Part shown: positions 26,576 to 37,629 of the stretch, one piece after another
Layout: each line of letters begins with the position of its first letter
Position numbering within the stretch: the stretch's first letter is position 1
Assembly (NCBI RefSeq): GCF_964194025.1
Contig: NC_134473.1
Coordinates: 63,116,001 to 63,180,000 of the forward strand
Reading direction: 5' to 3'
From: Convolutriloba macropyga
Lineage: Eukaryota
Length of the DNA: 64,000 bases
The notes under the pieces: model-generated
Databases searched by the model: none
What the model was told of the DNA's origin: nothing
What the model saw: only the letters and a program-made list of their open reading frames with translations
Program-made: the position numbers and the translations under genes

Positions 26576-26868
26576 TAGGTTTCATCAGTAGTAGTAAATA
26601 GCTCTAATGGTACTTCAATAACTTTGCGGTTATCTATCTAAGGTGAGTACTATAAGAAAGATACAAACGACTTTCAGCAACTTCTTCAGTGAAGTTATCA
26701 ACCTCTCTCGTTTCTATTGCCTTTTAAGTTTAATGTGTGCTTTCAAGCATCACGTCCGGACAAAATGAATGAGATTTAGATCTGTATAGTTTCGTGGAAA
26801 GCAAATATTCCCATGACTTTTCTCCAACTTACGTGTCAACTTTTTTAACATTTGAACATAAACCTTTG

Positions 26869-27150
26869 AACATAAACCGACCAACGTCGGAAGAATTGCT
26901 CTCGAACGAACGGCTGCCGAGGCAATCAGTTTAAAAAGAAGCAAAAGTTCGCGAAACTTATCGGCTTCGCAATTTATTTTAGCAACAGACTGAACTTTTA
27001 AATGCGTGCAATTGAAATCACTGAAAAATCAAAGTTGAGCGCGAAAGACAACCCACAAGTGAAACCGAATTCTCTAGACGAAAACGGTCAAGCGACAACT
27101 TTGCATGCAAAAAGATATATTTACAATAATTGCTTCATTCAATAACATTG
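26869..27150 (-). mobile_element. Non-autonomous Helentron-like element (HINE), copy B
   Basis: aacataaa + hairpin ccgac-caac-gtcgg + subTIR aattgctctcgaacg. Shared body ttagcaacagac...cggtcaagc...tttacaataattgc. Confidence 0.75.
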
Positions 27151-27420
27151 AAAAAGCAAACAAAAACTGTTGCCCTGCCTCAATTCCCAAATCAATAATC
27201 ACTTAAATTTCTTATTTTGGCATAGCCAAGTAGTTCTAGATCTATTTTTTTCGATAAAACCCGGCATAGTTTAAATAGTTTTCAAAAAATAACTCATTAT
27301 GCAATTACCGTAGGCAAATGTCGACAAACCATTTCAAAGAATTATGCATACTGAACATCAAAGTAATTTAGCACCCCATAGTTTAAGTAATTTTGTGGCG
27401 CAATATTACTTCGCATTATA

Positions 27421-27847
27421 AAAATAACCGACTAACGTCGGGCGAATTGATCTCAAACGACCGGCGAGCGGTTGGCTTCGTCAGTAGCTAGGTACGGTTT
27501 AGTGAGGCTAGCTTTAGTTTAATTGAAGGTGCGTAAGTGAGCGCAGCGAGGGGGGGGGGTGCACCGGGGTGCTGATGGGGCGGCAACAGTGGGGGGGGGG
27601 GTCAATCTCTAAGTACCGCCCTTCGCACCATGAGTATGTCTCCAAAGCAGTTTCTGTGAATCGCATGCTGGGAGACTAGAGGGCTGAAAGGCTCTAATAG
27701 CACTTAATGCCCACTGGGCGCTACCTTTTTATCCCGTTTTTAGGGACGAAAAGTCAAATGCGTCAGACGAAAAATTCGTTAAGCGAAAAATCGCATAAAA
27801 GATCCACAGGACTATAATTGCTACAAACTTCGTTTGAGAGCAATTAA
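27421..27847 (-). mobile_element. HINE copy C
   Basis: Hairpin ccgactaacgtcgg plus subTIR aattgatctcaaacga. The inverted partner tcgtttgagagcaatt lies at 27830-27845. Confidence 0.8.
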
Positions 27848-28006
27848 TAACTTTTCGAGAACATTTTCTCATACCACCGATCCCTACAATAGTGTTCTGG
27901 CCTAGCTATAAGTCAAATAAACGTAGTTGTAACACACCAAAAATCCCAACGTAAATTTTCAATTTAAAAAGAAATTTGTCACGAAATCACATCTTATTCA
28001 AAATTT

Positions 28007-28155
28007 TGATCTTTTCTGTTGATTCCCCCCAGCTTAGTGGACGCATCCCCCGACGCACGTGCCATATTTTTACATGATTTACTATATAATGGCACGTGCT
28101 CTGTAACAGGGGGCGCATACCGTACTGGGGTGGGGGGGGGGGACGTAAAAGATCC
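28007..28155. mobile_element. MITE, inverted copy of the 30366 element
   Basis: gatcttttc...ccccccagcttagtgg ... aaaagatcc. The interior is a diverged reverse complement of 30366-30536. Confidence 0.8.
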
Positions 28156-29829
28156 CAAATTTTTTTCTCCAATGTTTGACGCAAATGCAAATTCTATCAT
28201 AGCTGTACAAGCGTAAAAGCATGTCACATTTTGAGACGACTTTCCTTTTCTGGTGAAACTTGGATCGAGTTCATGAACTTCTAATTGTGTTATCTGAAAA
28301 GCTACCATTGCGTCTTATTTCAACTTTAATATGAGAACGTTCACTTTTCAGTTTCTTATCTGACTGTAATTTGTTTACTCTTTGGTTGTTTTCCAAAGAT
28401 AAAATATTCTTTTGCAATCAAATCTGCGCTTTGCATGATTCGGTTCTAATAATGGAAAATTCTTCGTTTAGTCGAAAAGTTTTGAACTATTTTCCGTAGT
28501 TTCCTCAGAAGTCACCACAAAATGGCTGTTTCAGAAGTCACTGTTTTGTGTATTTAGATGGATAGTCCAAAACAGTTATTGAACTACTTTTGAAGTCTCA
28601 GTCATAAGTCGGACTTAATTTACACCTAGCTTTGCCACGTCTGAATTTTGCTCGGTACGCTCAATTCCTAAAATTTAATGAGTTGGTAACACTGCTAAAT
28701 GTCCAATAAACTGTACCTTTTTGTATACGTTTATAGACATGTATTAGGTATGTATTATAGGCATGTTTATATCATGTATTAGTTATTATAATACAGTTCC
28801 TGGAAGCCTAAGGCAAATACAATTCCAAGCCGAGGTCACTAGCATCCGAGTTGAGCTCAATTTGCCGTAACTTTTTTAAAACTTATATAGACCCAAATCG
28901 TTTCTTTTGTTCCTTGACGTATATGAAGACAAAATGTTGAAAACTGTGACACTAAAAAAGCAGACAACAAAACGTGTTTAACTGATTCTCCATACTTGAC
29001 ATAGTCGTGCAGTTTGTTTGTTTGTAGACGCAGTAAGGTATTCAAGTCTGCTTCTGTTTTACAAAATAATAAGTGTAAAAAATTGAACAGTGCACGGTCT
29101 TAGCAAAATGGGGATATCTTCTTATGGTGAAAAAAAATAGCAAGAACATAATCGAGATGTTCGTCCATTAATGCACGCCTTAATTTCTTATCATGGCCTT
29201 GTTAATACACGCTCGAAATGCATAGGTCACATCTAACCATCTCGTCACTGTTTTGAACCCTGCATAGGAAAATCAATCGCATTGGGCTAAGATGACATGT
29301 TTAATCTTGATCAGTTTCAACGAATGTCGTTTCTCTTTGAACACGCGCCGCTTTTGAAAGTTCAGACATTCAATTATCTTTAACTATTTACTAACTAACA
29401 AGCTCAGCATTAAGCAAATTTATTAGTTTTAGTATGCTCCGAGTATCTAGCGATAGCCAGCGTCATTTCTGTACAATGATCATGGCGGATTCAAATATCT
29501 AAACGTTGATAAGGCCTATGTTGCTCAGTCAAACACAGCATGGGGTTGAAATAAACCCGATTCCTCCAAAATGCTCAGGAAGGGTAGCGAAATAATGATG
29601 AAAAAATTACAAATCAATGGTCAACTAGTTATGTAGGCTAAATTACAAACTGGAGATAAAATCCTATAACAGCACCAGAATACAAATGATAAAATAGTAC
29701 AAAGAACAGTTGCAGGACAACCCCTGTCACTTGCACCAAAACCTGCACACTGAAAAATCTCAATTCATCTGATAATTTTTTGTTCACTATGGTTCCCGTC
29801 AATTTGATCACAATTTTGCTAGCATATTT

Positions 29830-30247
29830 AAACATAAGCGACCAAACGTCGGAACAATTAATCTCGAACGACTAGTGGGAGCTCTAATCAAATCAATTGC
29901 AGCCTGCTTCAGTGGGGGGGGGGGGGGGGGGGAGGTTAGGGGGAACCTAAATGGGACTAAGAAGTTCAATTATGGGCTTCAAATAACCACATTAGGGGTT
30001 AACATATACCACTATTGCACCAAGTGAAAAATTGCACCAGTTTCGGCGCACTTTTCGTTTGACTTTTAGTATTAAATTGCCGCCAATTGAGTTCAGCTAT
30101 TGAAATTGTGATTGAGAGAGAATTTTAGATCACGCGAAAAACAAAAAGTCAAGGGCGTAAAAGTCACTCGAAAAGTCAAAACGGTCAAGCAAAAATTTTG
30201 CATAAAAAAGACGTTTACAATAATTGCTTCTCTACGAGAGCAATTAA
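29830..30247 (-). mobile_element. HINE copy D
   Basis: aaacataagcgaccaaacgtcggaacaattaatctcgaacg ... cggtcaagcaaaaattttgcat...tttacaataattgc...cgagagcaatt. Confidence 0.75.
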
Positions 30248-30365
30248 AAACTAATAGCGAAAAATAACAAACTCCAACTTAGAATCAACGAGAAATAACT
30301 AACGCTGTGATATTAACAAATTTAATCTTCAGCAACGTTTTCAATTAGCTTTTCTTAAGCAAATT

Positions 30366-30536
30366 GGATCTTTTCCGTTTGTGCCCCCCCCCAGTACGTT
30401 ATGCTCCCCCCAGTGACAGAGCACGTGTCATTACATAGTAAATCTTTATGTAAAAATATTGCACGTGCGTCTGGGGGTTGCAAATAATATGCACCCACTA
30501 AGCTGGGGGGGGGGGGGGCACAAACGGAAAAGATCC
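30366..30536. mobile_element. 171-bp MITE with about 28-bp TIRs and 8-bp TSD
   Basis: TIR ggatcttttccgtttgtgcccccccc. TSD agcaaatt at 30358-30365 and 30537-30544. Confidence 0.92.
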
Positions 30537-30860
30537 AGCAAATTTTGTAGTCTTTACCTTTTTTCTTAAAAAATCAGATCTTAGCAAAAGGAAGTCATCT
30601 ATCTCTAGAAACAATTATTGTTATTTTGATATGTAAAATGTCATAGCCCGGCGAACAGACACCTAGTTGATTAAGTTAGTTTGCTATTTAACCGTTGTCT
30701 AGAACAGTATCACGTTAAAATGAGGAAAAACCAAGCTATTAGCCCTGCAACTGTTCAATTATGTTAAAACTTAAGAATCAATTAGAGTAAATAATTGATC
30801 ACAAGGTCCAGGGCAGTTCAAAATCAATCAACAAAAATCCCAAACAAACATTACTGAAGT

Positions 30861-30866
30861 TTTATT
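30861..30866 (-). promoter_or_regulatory. Putative polyadenylation signal of the adducin-like gene
   Basis: AATAAA on the minus strand, about 67 nt after the stop at 30933. Confidence 0.6.
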
Positions 30867-30932
30867 GATAGCGGTTCTAATCAATATATGGGCCTGAAGA
30901 CTCTTTGGATAACTGCCCTCTTCAATCACCGA

Positions 30933-31595
30933 TTATCGTGATGAGTTTGTTTTCGTCCTTTTATAAGCAGTAGAGTAAATGTGATCAAAAGTTCTCCTAT
31001 AGTCATCGTCAACTCGCTGTTTAGCTTTTGCGACCGATACATCAATGCCTCCTTTCTTCTTATCGCTGTTAGGAGACGCAACACTTGGACTGTTGTTTCT
31101 CTTTACACGCTTTGACGGAGAGGAGAATTTTGTTAAATCATTTGGCGATATTTTATGGTAATCATCAGCAACTTTCTCCACATTCGAAACGAGCTCCGTA
31201 GCACTTATGCTCATTTTGAGGTTGCCACTGTTGTTCTCAGAATACGACCAAATAGCAGCTTTATTATATTCAGAGTAGTCAGGTTGGTCGAATCTCAAAT
31301 GTTGCCCATCAAAGGCGGGAGACGCGAGCCGACTAAAATCCAAATCACCCTCTTCAGCCGATTGAAAACCTCTCCTTAAGGCCGAATCCTCCAGTGATGA
31401 GATGTCACTACGAAAAAAGCGGTCACTAGTATTGATATCTTTATTTTCTGATATCTTTGACGTCCGGGTGGAATCTTTATCCGCGGCAGATACGTGTGCA
31501 CCTCCACTATCCCGATTGAGCTTCGGCGTTGATAGACTTAGAAGTTGCAAATACCATTCGCAGAGCTGCTCGAACAGCTCACAATTTCTCAACGC
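30933..31595 (-). CDS. Adducin-like / class II aldolase-fold protein, exon 2 (220 aa)
   Basis: Acceptor tttcag|GCG at 31596, phase 0. ALRNCELFEQLCEWYLQLLS continues the aldolase-II terminal helix. GDLDFSRL...DGQHLRFDQPDY resembles the adducin GE.EFEA.MR.LD..GYRTGY segment. Ser/Pro-rich basic tail. Confidence 0.85.
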   Translation of the reverse strand, partial: ALRNCELFEQLCEWYLQLLSLSTPKLNRDSGGAHVSAADKDSTRTSKISENKDINTSDRFFRSDISSLEDSALRRGFQSAEEGDLDFSRLASPAFDGQHLRFDQPDYSEYNKAAIWSYSENNSGNLKMSISATELVSNVEKVADDYHKISPNDLTKFSSPSKRVKRNNSPSVASPNSDKKKGGIDVSVAKAKQRVDDDYRRTFDHIYSTAYKRTKTNSSR

Positions 31596-32096
31596 CTGAA
31601 ACAGTTTTTTTTCGATTAACTCGAAATGAAGTGCAAACAGCATGCTAGCCTTTCTCTATGTATACGTTAGAACATAACCTTAGCAGCCCAAATGGACTTA
31701 GGACACCGACACGATATCGTTTGCATCGGAGTGCAGGGTAAAATCCTAGGGGCTATAATTTATATTCTTTATACATCTCGGAGAGATAAAGGGTACAAAA
31801 AGATATATTGCATAATTGAAATTAAGCGTACAATTGTGTAGATTATTGAATGAGATTTTTTCAATTTTTCAAATTATTTCGTTTTTAGGCCCTTTCCAGT
31901 AATTTTGGTAGTTTGTTCTCAATTTCGAAGTCTTTCTCCGTTGACCATTTCTCAAAAGTGTCAACGGAAATTGTACCCAAAATTGTACGCTTTCAATTTT
32001 TTATGCTTTCAATCGTTTTATTATCAGTATTAAAACCACATTTGGTAGAATCTTCAATAAAATTGACTTCTGGCTCCGATATTTGGTTCATATGGT

Positions 32097-32411
32097 GTCC
32101 GGTTTTTTCACCCCTGAATATTTAGCCCCCAATAATTTCACCGATTTATCCACCTCCTCTATTATTTCACCAGGATTTTAATATTTTATAAAATTAGGAC
32201 TAATAAATTAGCAAACTAATAACTTGATCACGCCTCAGCGGCCGGGGTACTTGATATTAAACTGTCACAACCGAACATGGGATTAACTATCCACTTAATT
32301 ATGAAAAAATGCTTTTAATGTCGACTGATAATTGGCGGTGTGGAGTGATAGAGGGGTTAAAAGATGAAAAGATACGTGGTTAAGATATTCGGGGTGAAAA
32401 GAAGTAGATCC
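32097..32411. mobile_element. Degenerate MITE-like inverted-repeat element
   Basis: ttttcacccctgaatat ... atattcggggtgaaaa inverted ends. Confidence 0.5.
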
Positions 32412-32619
32412 GCTCTATGATGAGGAAAAATGCTTTGATAAGCATTAAATTCAAAAGACAACGTAAAATAACATAGCCGGAATAGCTGCGAAATAGACTT
32501 GCGTGCCGTAAAATACAGATGGAAAAAGATAGAAGTTAGTTGACAGAAGTTATCGCCGCCGCCTATAAAACTTACAAGTTTAATTCAAAGGAGGTTGTTT
32601 TTGGGTGCAAAATGTTTCA

Positions 32620-32687
32620 GTGCCGCGGTTCCAACGTCCGATCTCCTGATTAATAGCCAGTCGCCTTAACCACTCGGCTGTCGGACC
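32620..32687 (-). other. tRNA-like sequence (pseudo-tRNA or SINE head), followed by HINE body sequence at about 32718-32880
   Basis: Minus strand GGTCCGACAGCCGAGTGGTTAAGGCG-ACTGG-CTATTAA-TCAGG-AGATC... has a good A box and an anticodon-like arm, but a broken B box and acceptor stem. Confidence 0.6.
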
Positions 32688-32914
32688 ATACCATCTTTCT
32701 TCTTACAATCAACTTTGTTTTAGCAACAGACAACTTCTGAATAACCGCAGTTTAGGTCACACAGAAAGCGTGAAATCAAGCGCGAAAAAACCATTTAAGC
32801 AGTGACGAGACAGAATGTTCTAGAGCAAATGTAAAACGAAAATGGAGCGTCAGACGACGAAACAAAAAAAACCAAGAGCACCGCAATATAGCTACGCTCA
32901 CCTTACAGCTATAA

Positions 32915-33375
32915 ATAAAACATAGCTGACATATTGCCCGAAAATAGCCGCAATAGATTCGTAGATCAGCGGTCTAAAAAAAAACAGAAAAAAAGACAGA
33001 CCAAAAAAATTCGTCTTTTCATTGAAAGCTGATCTGTTATATTATGATTAAAAATCTGTATAAGTTATTTCTGCCTCTATTAGCTGATCTCTAACAACCT
33101 TAATTTAGAGTGGCACACACCCATTTGGCCTTATCTCTTTGAATTAAAGTAAATAAAAGTCAATTTCAAAGTGAGGAAGTAATTTTTGAGAGTGGGGTAA
33201 GTCAAGTGTGACCAAAAATTTAATCACGCGCATTAACAAAAAAGCTCGCTCCACTAAGAGCGAGAAATGACGTCACACATGCAATTCAGTTGAAATTGCA
33301 TGAACGAATGAACAAAAAGTGGCTGTGACGTCATATGGTCGTAACAAAATGGTCGTAACAAGACGACGAAATAAA
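32915..33375 (+). repeat. About 460-bp dispersed duplication, second copy at 41021-41465
   Basis: Colinear high similarity from aaacatagctg through catatggtcgtaacaaaa. Confidence 0.9.
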
Positions 33376-33427
33376 AAAAAACCAAGAGAAGGCCAATAAT
33401 AGCCCCAGCTATCGCTGTGCGGTTATT

Positions 33428-33769
33428 AAACATAAACCGACTAATGTCGGAAGAATTGCTCTCGAACGACAGGCAGGTGGAAAGCATTACTCCCACCGGG
33501 ATTATAACCATTGACCTCCCGCTCCATAACCGGATGCACTGACCACTCCACCCTTCTTTTTGCTATGCTGCAACCGATTTTATATTAGCAACAAGCTTTA
33601 CTTCGGAGTGCGAGCAATAGATATCACTGAAAAATGAAGAACGAAAGCGCGAAAAAATCATTTGAGAAGTCAAAGAATTCTAGAATAAAAGCGCAAAAAC
33701 AGTCAAGCAAAAAATTTGCATCAAAAAGAGACCAGCACGTTTACAATAATTTCGTTCAAGCGCAATTAA
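33428..33769 (-). mobile_element. HINE copy E carrying a tRNA-like segment (33490-33553)
   Basis: aaacataaaccgactaatgtcggaagaattgctctcgaacg ... ttcgttcaagcgcaatt. The minus-strand cargo reads GGTGGAGTGGTCAGTGCATCCGGTTATGGAGCGGGAGGTCAATGGTTATAATCCCGG. Confidence 0.8.
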
Positions 33770-34839
33770 TGAGGATTAGCTTTTTTTAATTAGTCAACAT
33801 TTGAGGCATAGAGAGCAGCTCTTGGCAGAGAATTCCGCAAATGGTTATGAAAACTAGTGAAACTAACATGAGCTATAAAAGACGTATTTCATCTTCATCA
33901 ATTAACAACCGCATTTTTGATTTAATTGTAATTGCGCTAACACAAAATGCTTCATGCCTCAGCCCCAACAGCGCCTTGATAATTTCATCACGTTCTCTTT
34001 GATAGTAAATGGTCTTATGCAGCAAGCTACTTCAATTACCCGGTAGTTTTTAATGTTGCTTATGCGTAACTTTGATCCATAAGCGTCTAAACACCTGCTC
34101 TCAGAGAATGACCGCTCCATAACTTAGACAACTCACAGTCCACTTAAATACCTATTTCTTTTATAACATGTTCAACTTTTTACCAGTAAGAAAAATGTGG
34201 AAACACTAATTTCTCATGGACTTGGGATTCGTGCGACAGTACTTTTGCAGTCTCCAGGAATCAAGAGGAAATACTAATTAGAGGTGACTTTAACCCCAAT
34301 TATCTGTTACAATCTCCAATAGTTGTTTAGGATGCTAATATCCATTAGCTGGTTTTTCAATGATATATAATAGCAAGCACGAGAAGGCGCTATCTAAAAA
34401 AATGGCATCACAATTTCGCTTTTTGCCCATATTGATCAGAAGTAATTTTTATTTCTATGAGTGAATAAACTCCCTTCAGTATTGCAAAGTTCGCGAGACA
34501 GATTGGACATAAAATCCTCACTCATTTTCACAATTTCAGAGTTTTTCGGTTCAAACTCGCAATCCATAAATTCCATGAGCAAATACAATTGACATTCTTG
34601 CCCTAAAATTTTAATGGAAAAGAATTCTTAAAGACTACGTCTATAAAATTTTCACCAAAATTAGGAGGTTATTGTTTGGATGATGGAACATGTGTGGTAC
34701 CCTGGATTCTTCAGTAACTTTCTGCTGAGATTTTACTCCGGTAGTTTGAGAAAAAGAACTTTATTGTTAATTTAAATACCGCAGAAACTGTGTTGCTGTT
34801 GTTTTAATCACTACTGTCAAATCGTCGTTAACAGGAGGT

Positions 34840-36060
34840 GAATCTGTCGGGCGGGTTCCTTCTACGGGTTCCTCGCCGGGGTCAAGACGGTTTCCGTAAC
34901 TGTTGAGAACGAGCGGGTATCCTCCACGGAGTTGTGCCAATTTGCACCTGGTTTTCCTATCCAACTTTCGCTTTTCGGTGTTGATATTTGTAGGAGGCTA
35001 ATTTAACAGTTTCGAGTGGAGAGCCTTCAATCCCTTGCCTTCCTTGGTGTACAGGTCTTTAATGCCAGATTTATATGACTTTCAGTCGGTATAGTTGGTC
35101 GATACGTCAATGTAGAGTTGGACGTCCTTGGAGAATCTTGATTTCAGCGTAACCCTTACATTTCGGCAAGTTGAAGTCACATTTGTGTGATGGTCTACGA
35201 GTTCTGGCATTATGCTTCCTTGGAGAAACCGCATGGAGAGGAGTTTGTTATGCTCCAGGACTAGCAACACCTGAGTCTCTTGGTGTAGGTGGTTCGTCGG
35301 CATTATCAAAACACAGCCAGTGCCAGCAGTTCTTAGGGCTGCATTTTGTTTATTTTTAGGTTTGTGTTACTCGTTCCGGGGTGCCATATCGGTGCAGCAT
35401 AATTTAGAACACTTCTTCCTATGGCCATTTAAATGGTGACGAGGGTCTCCTTGCTGCAACCCCAGCTGATACCAGCGATTTTCTTCATTAAGTTGTTTCT
35501 GGCTTGAAGTTTCTCACATGCCGTATGACAGTGAGGACCGTATTGCAGAATATTATCCAGATGGACTCCCAGGATTTAAGGACACTTTGTAACAGGTAAG
35601 GTTTGACCGTTGATTGACACTTCGGGTTGCAAACTGACTTCGTTGGACCATGTCCAATACTGTGACTGTCAATTTCTCTGCTGAAGGGGTGAGGCTTTGC
35701 TCTTTCAGACAGGAACTCAGCTTCTCCAGGTATAGGTTCATCTGAGATGGAAGACCTTCAACGACTGGGCCCGAGGTCATCAAGGTCAGGTCATCAGCAT
35801 CGGTACCAATGCTGACGTGAGGTGGGTCGTCTTTTCGTCTCTTCGACTTGGTTTCGTTGTGTTCTGTGTATGTGAACCTCCTTTGCAGACATGAGAGCAT
35901 CCACCTCTTGACGAATCCAGGAAGTTGTCTTTCCGAAAGGTCATGGAACAGCCCACTATGATCAATGGTGTCCAAAGCAGCCGTCAGGTCCACACCAGGT
36001 CCACTAGGAACCACACCAGCAATATCACGCCGGCCCAAGTTCCATCCGCTCGAAAGCTGT
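34840..36060 (-). mobile_element. Degenerate non-LTR retrotransposon (probably I/Jockey-group) in the adducin-like intron
   Basis: VDLTAALDTIDH, VKRWM, ADDLT, and C-terminal KLAQLRGGY..LNSY..RLDP. Confidence 0.85.
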
Positions 36061-36349
36061 CTGGGTTCTATGGATGGACGCTTCTACGCAGCGGAACCAC
36101 TGGGGTCATTTAGACTCTCTTCTTCACGAGCAAGTAATCACAAAAAGGAATTAACTACAGAACTTCCTAAAAAAGGGCCTTTTGATATTGCAGGACAAGA
36201 TTACCTAAACGTTTTAACGATAACCATCAATTGAGTTCAACTACATGAAGTTGAAAACTAAATGCATCAGATTTCAGTCAAATGAAGATGGGTGACTAAC
36301 CATTGGACAATACTAACTACGTGTAGTGAATGCTACTTTAGAAAAATGT

Positions 36350-36400
36350 AAACATAAACCGACTAACGTCAGATTAATTGCTCTCGAGCGATAGGCAGGG
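36350..36400 (-). mobile_element. HINE terminus only, copy F
   Basis: aaacataaaccgactaacgtcagattaattgctctcgagcgataggcagg. Confidence 0.7.
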
Positions 36401-36511
36401 GCAATTCAGTTAAGAGGGGTTGTAGTTTTCAACAGCTCCCAATCAATTTCAGCAACGAACTTGATTTCAGAACGAGAGGAACTTAGATAAATCAAAAATG
36501 TAATAAATTAC

Positions 36512-37501
36512 CTCTTCCAAAGTCTCACCAATCACAATCAATCCACTATTGGCCACTAAGCATGCTTTCTTTTCCCCTGAATCGAAACACTGAGCAATAC
36601 ATTCCGGTGATGATAATTTGTCGAGCCTACACACCTTGATATCATCGGGAGACAAACTGCTGCAGAGAAAATGAAAATGCGGAATGCACTCATCCAGGCA
36701 AGATAAAATTGATGCACTTTTGGTTGAAGCAAAAATTCCAACATTAATAGACACAGGAAGGCTGTTTAGAAGTTGCCGCATCCAGTCTTTCGAAAATGGA
36801 CATTCCAAATTCTCGGTGCTGTCTCTCGCCACAGCTTTTTTACTGTCTTCATGAAAGCCATTCATTTGCTTACCATTCTCACTGACCGCTTTAGATTGGA
36901 ACACTTCAGTTGGCCAGTGAGTATCACGGCAGTTTTCAGCGTACAGAACAATGTTTCTATCTGTCGGCATTCTGGCACAAACTTTGATTAACAGCATATA
37001 GTTTAGCTTTTGGGAAAGCTTCAAAACGCAGGAGTCAAGCTTTCTTTGAAATAAATGCTCGCCATTTCGTCTCAGAGTAATAGAGAACAATTCTACTTTA
37101 CCAATGAGACATTTCTCCATTAATCCGTGCAGCTCTGCATCTGTCAATGATTGTCTACAAGCTCTGATAAACTCCAAGGTTAGCTTTGCTACGGTCTCTG
37201 CGGTTTCGAAACATTCCGCAATCTCACTTTCCGAAAAGTGTTCAGAAAATAAACAAAGAACCAAAGTTTCATCAGGCTTCAAACTACAAACCAATTCGGA
37301 GTGCAGTTCAACAAGATCGGACCGTTTGTTGTAGATAGCTTGGCAGTTTGATAAACATATAACATGATGAACAATTTCATCGTTTTCATTTCTGTGTCTG
37401 AATTCATCTGCTGTTCTGAAGAAATTCACTGAATGATGATTGCACTCTGCTATTTTTTGCGCATTAATAACATTCAAGATCACATTTCGAAATAATACCA
37501 T
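36512..37501 (-). CDS. Adducin-like / class II aldolase-fold protein, coding exon 1 (330 aa)
   Basis: Long uninterrupted ORF. KACLVANSGLIVIGETLEE matches the class II aldolase/adducin L.NHG....G...EE motif. Canonical donor GAG|GTAATT at 36511, phase 0, in frame with exon 2. Confidence 0.85.
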
Positions 37502-37629
37502 TTCACGAATTCATTATATCTGAAGATAATAATTCAACTGATGAAAATTTGAACTTCATGAATTCAGATGAAAATTTTTCCAACCTCAATGCTCAAATTC
37601 CGTTAGAATTGAAAATATATATTTAAGAA

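Noticed and set aside
26665-26695. Minus-strand CTGAAGA...GAAA hammerhead-like spacing
   Set aside because: Stem II would be 2 bp with a 3-nt loop, and no stem III or stem I can be formed.
32620-32687. Functional tRNA genes here, at 33490-33553, 17133-17194 and 57071
   Set aside because: Acceptor and T stems do not pair properly, B boxes are partly degenerate, and all lie inside or beside repeats.
36467-36511. The 344-aa and 236-aa ORFs as two separate single-exon genes
   Set aside because: In-phase canonical splice sites join them and restore a continuous motif. 36467-36511 and 31596-31643 are best read as intronic.
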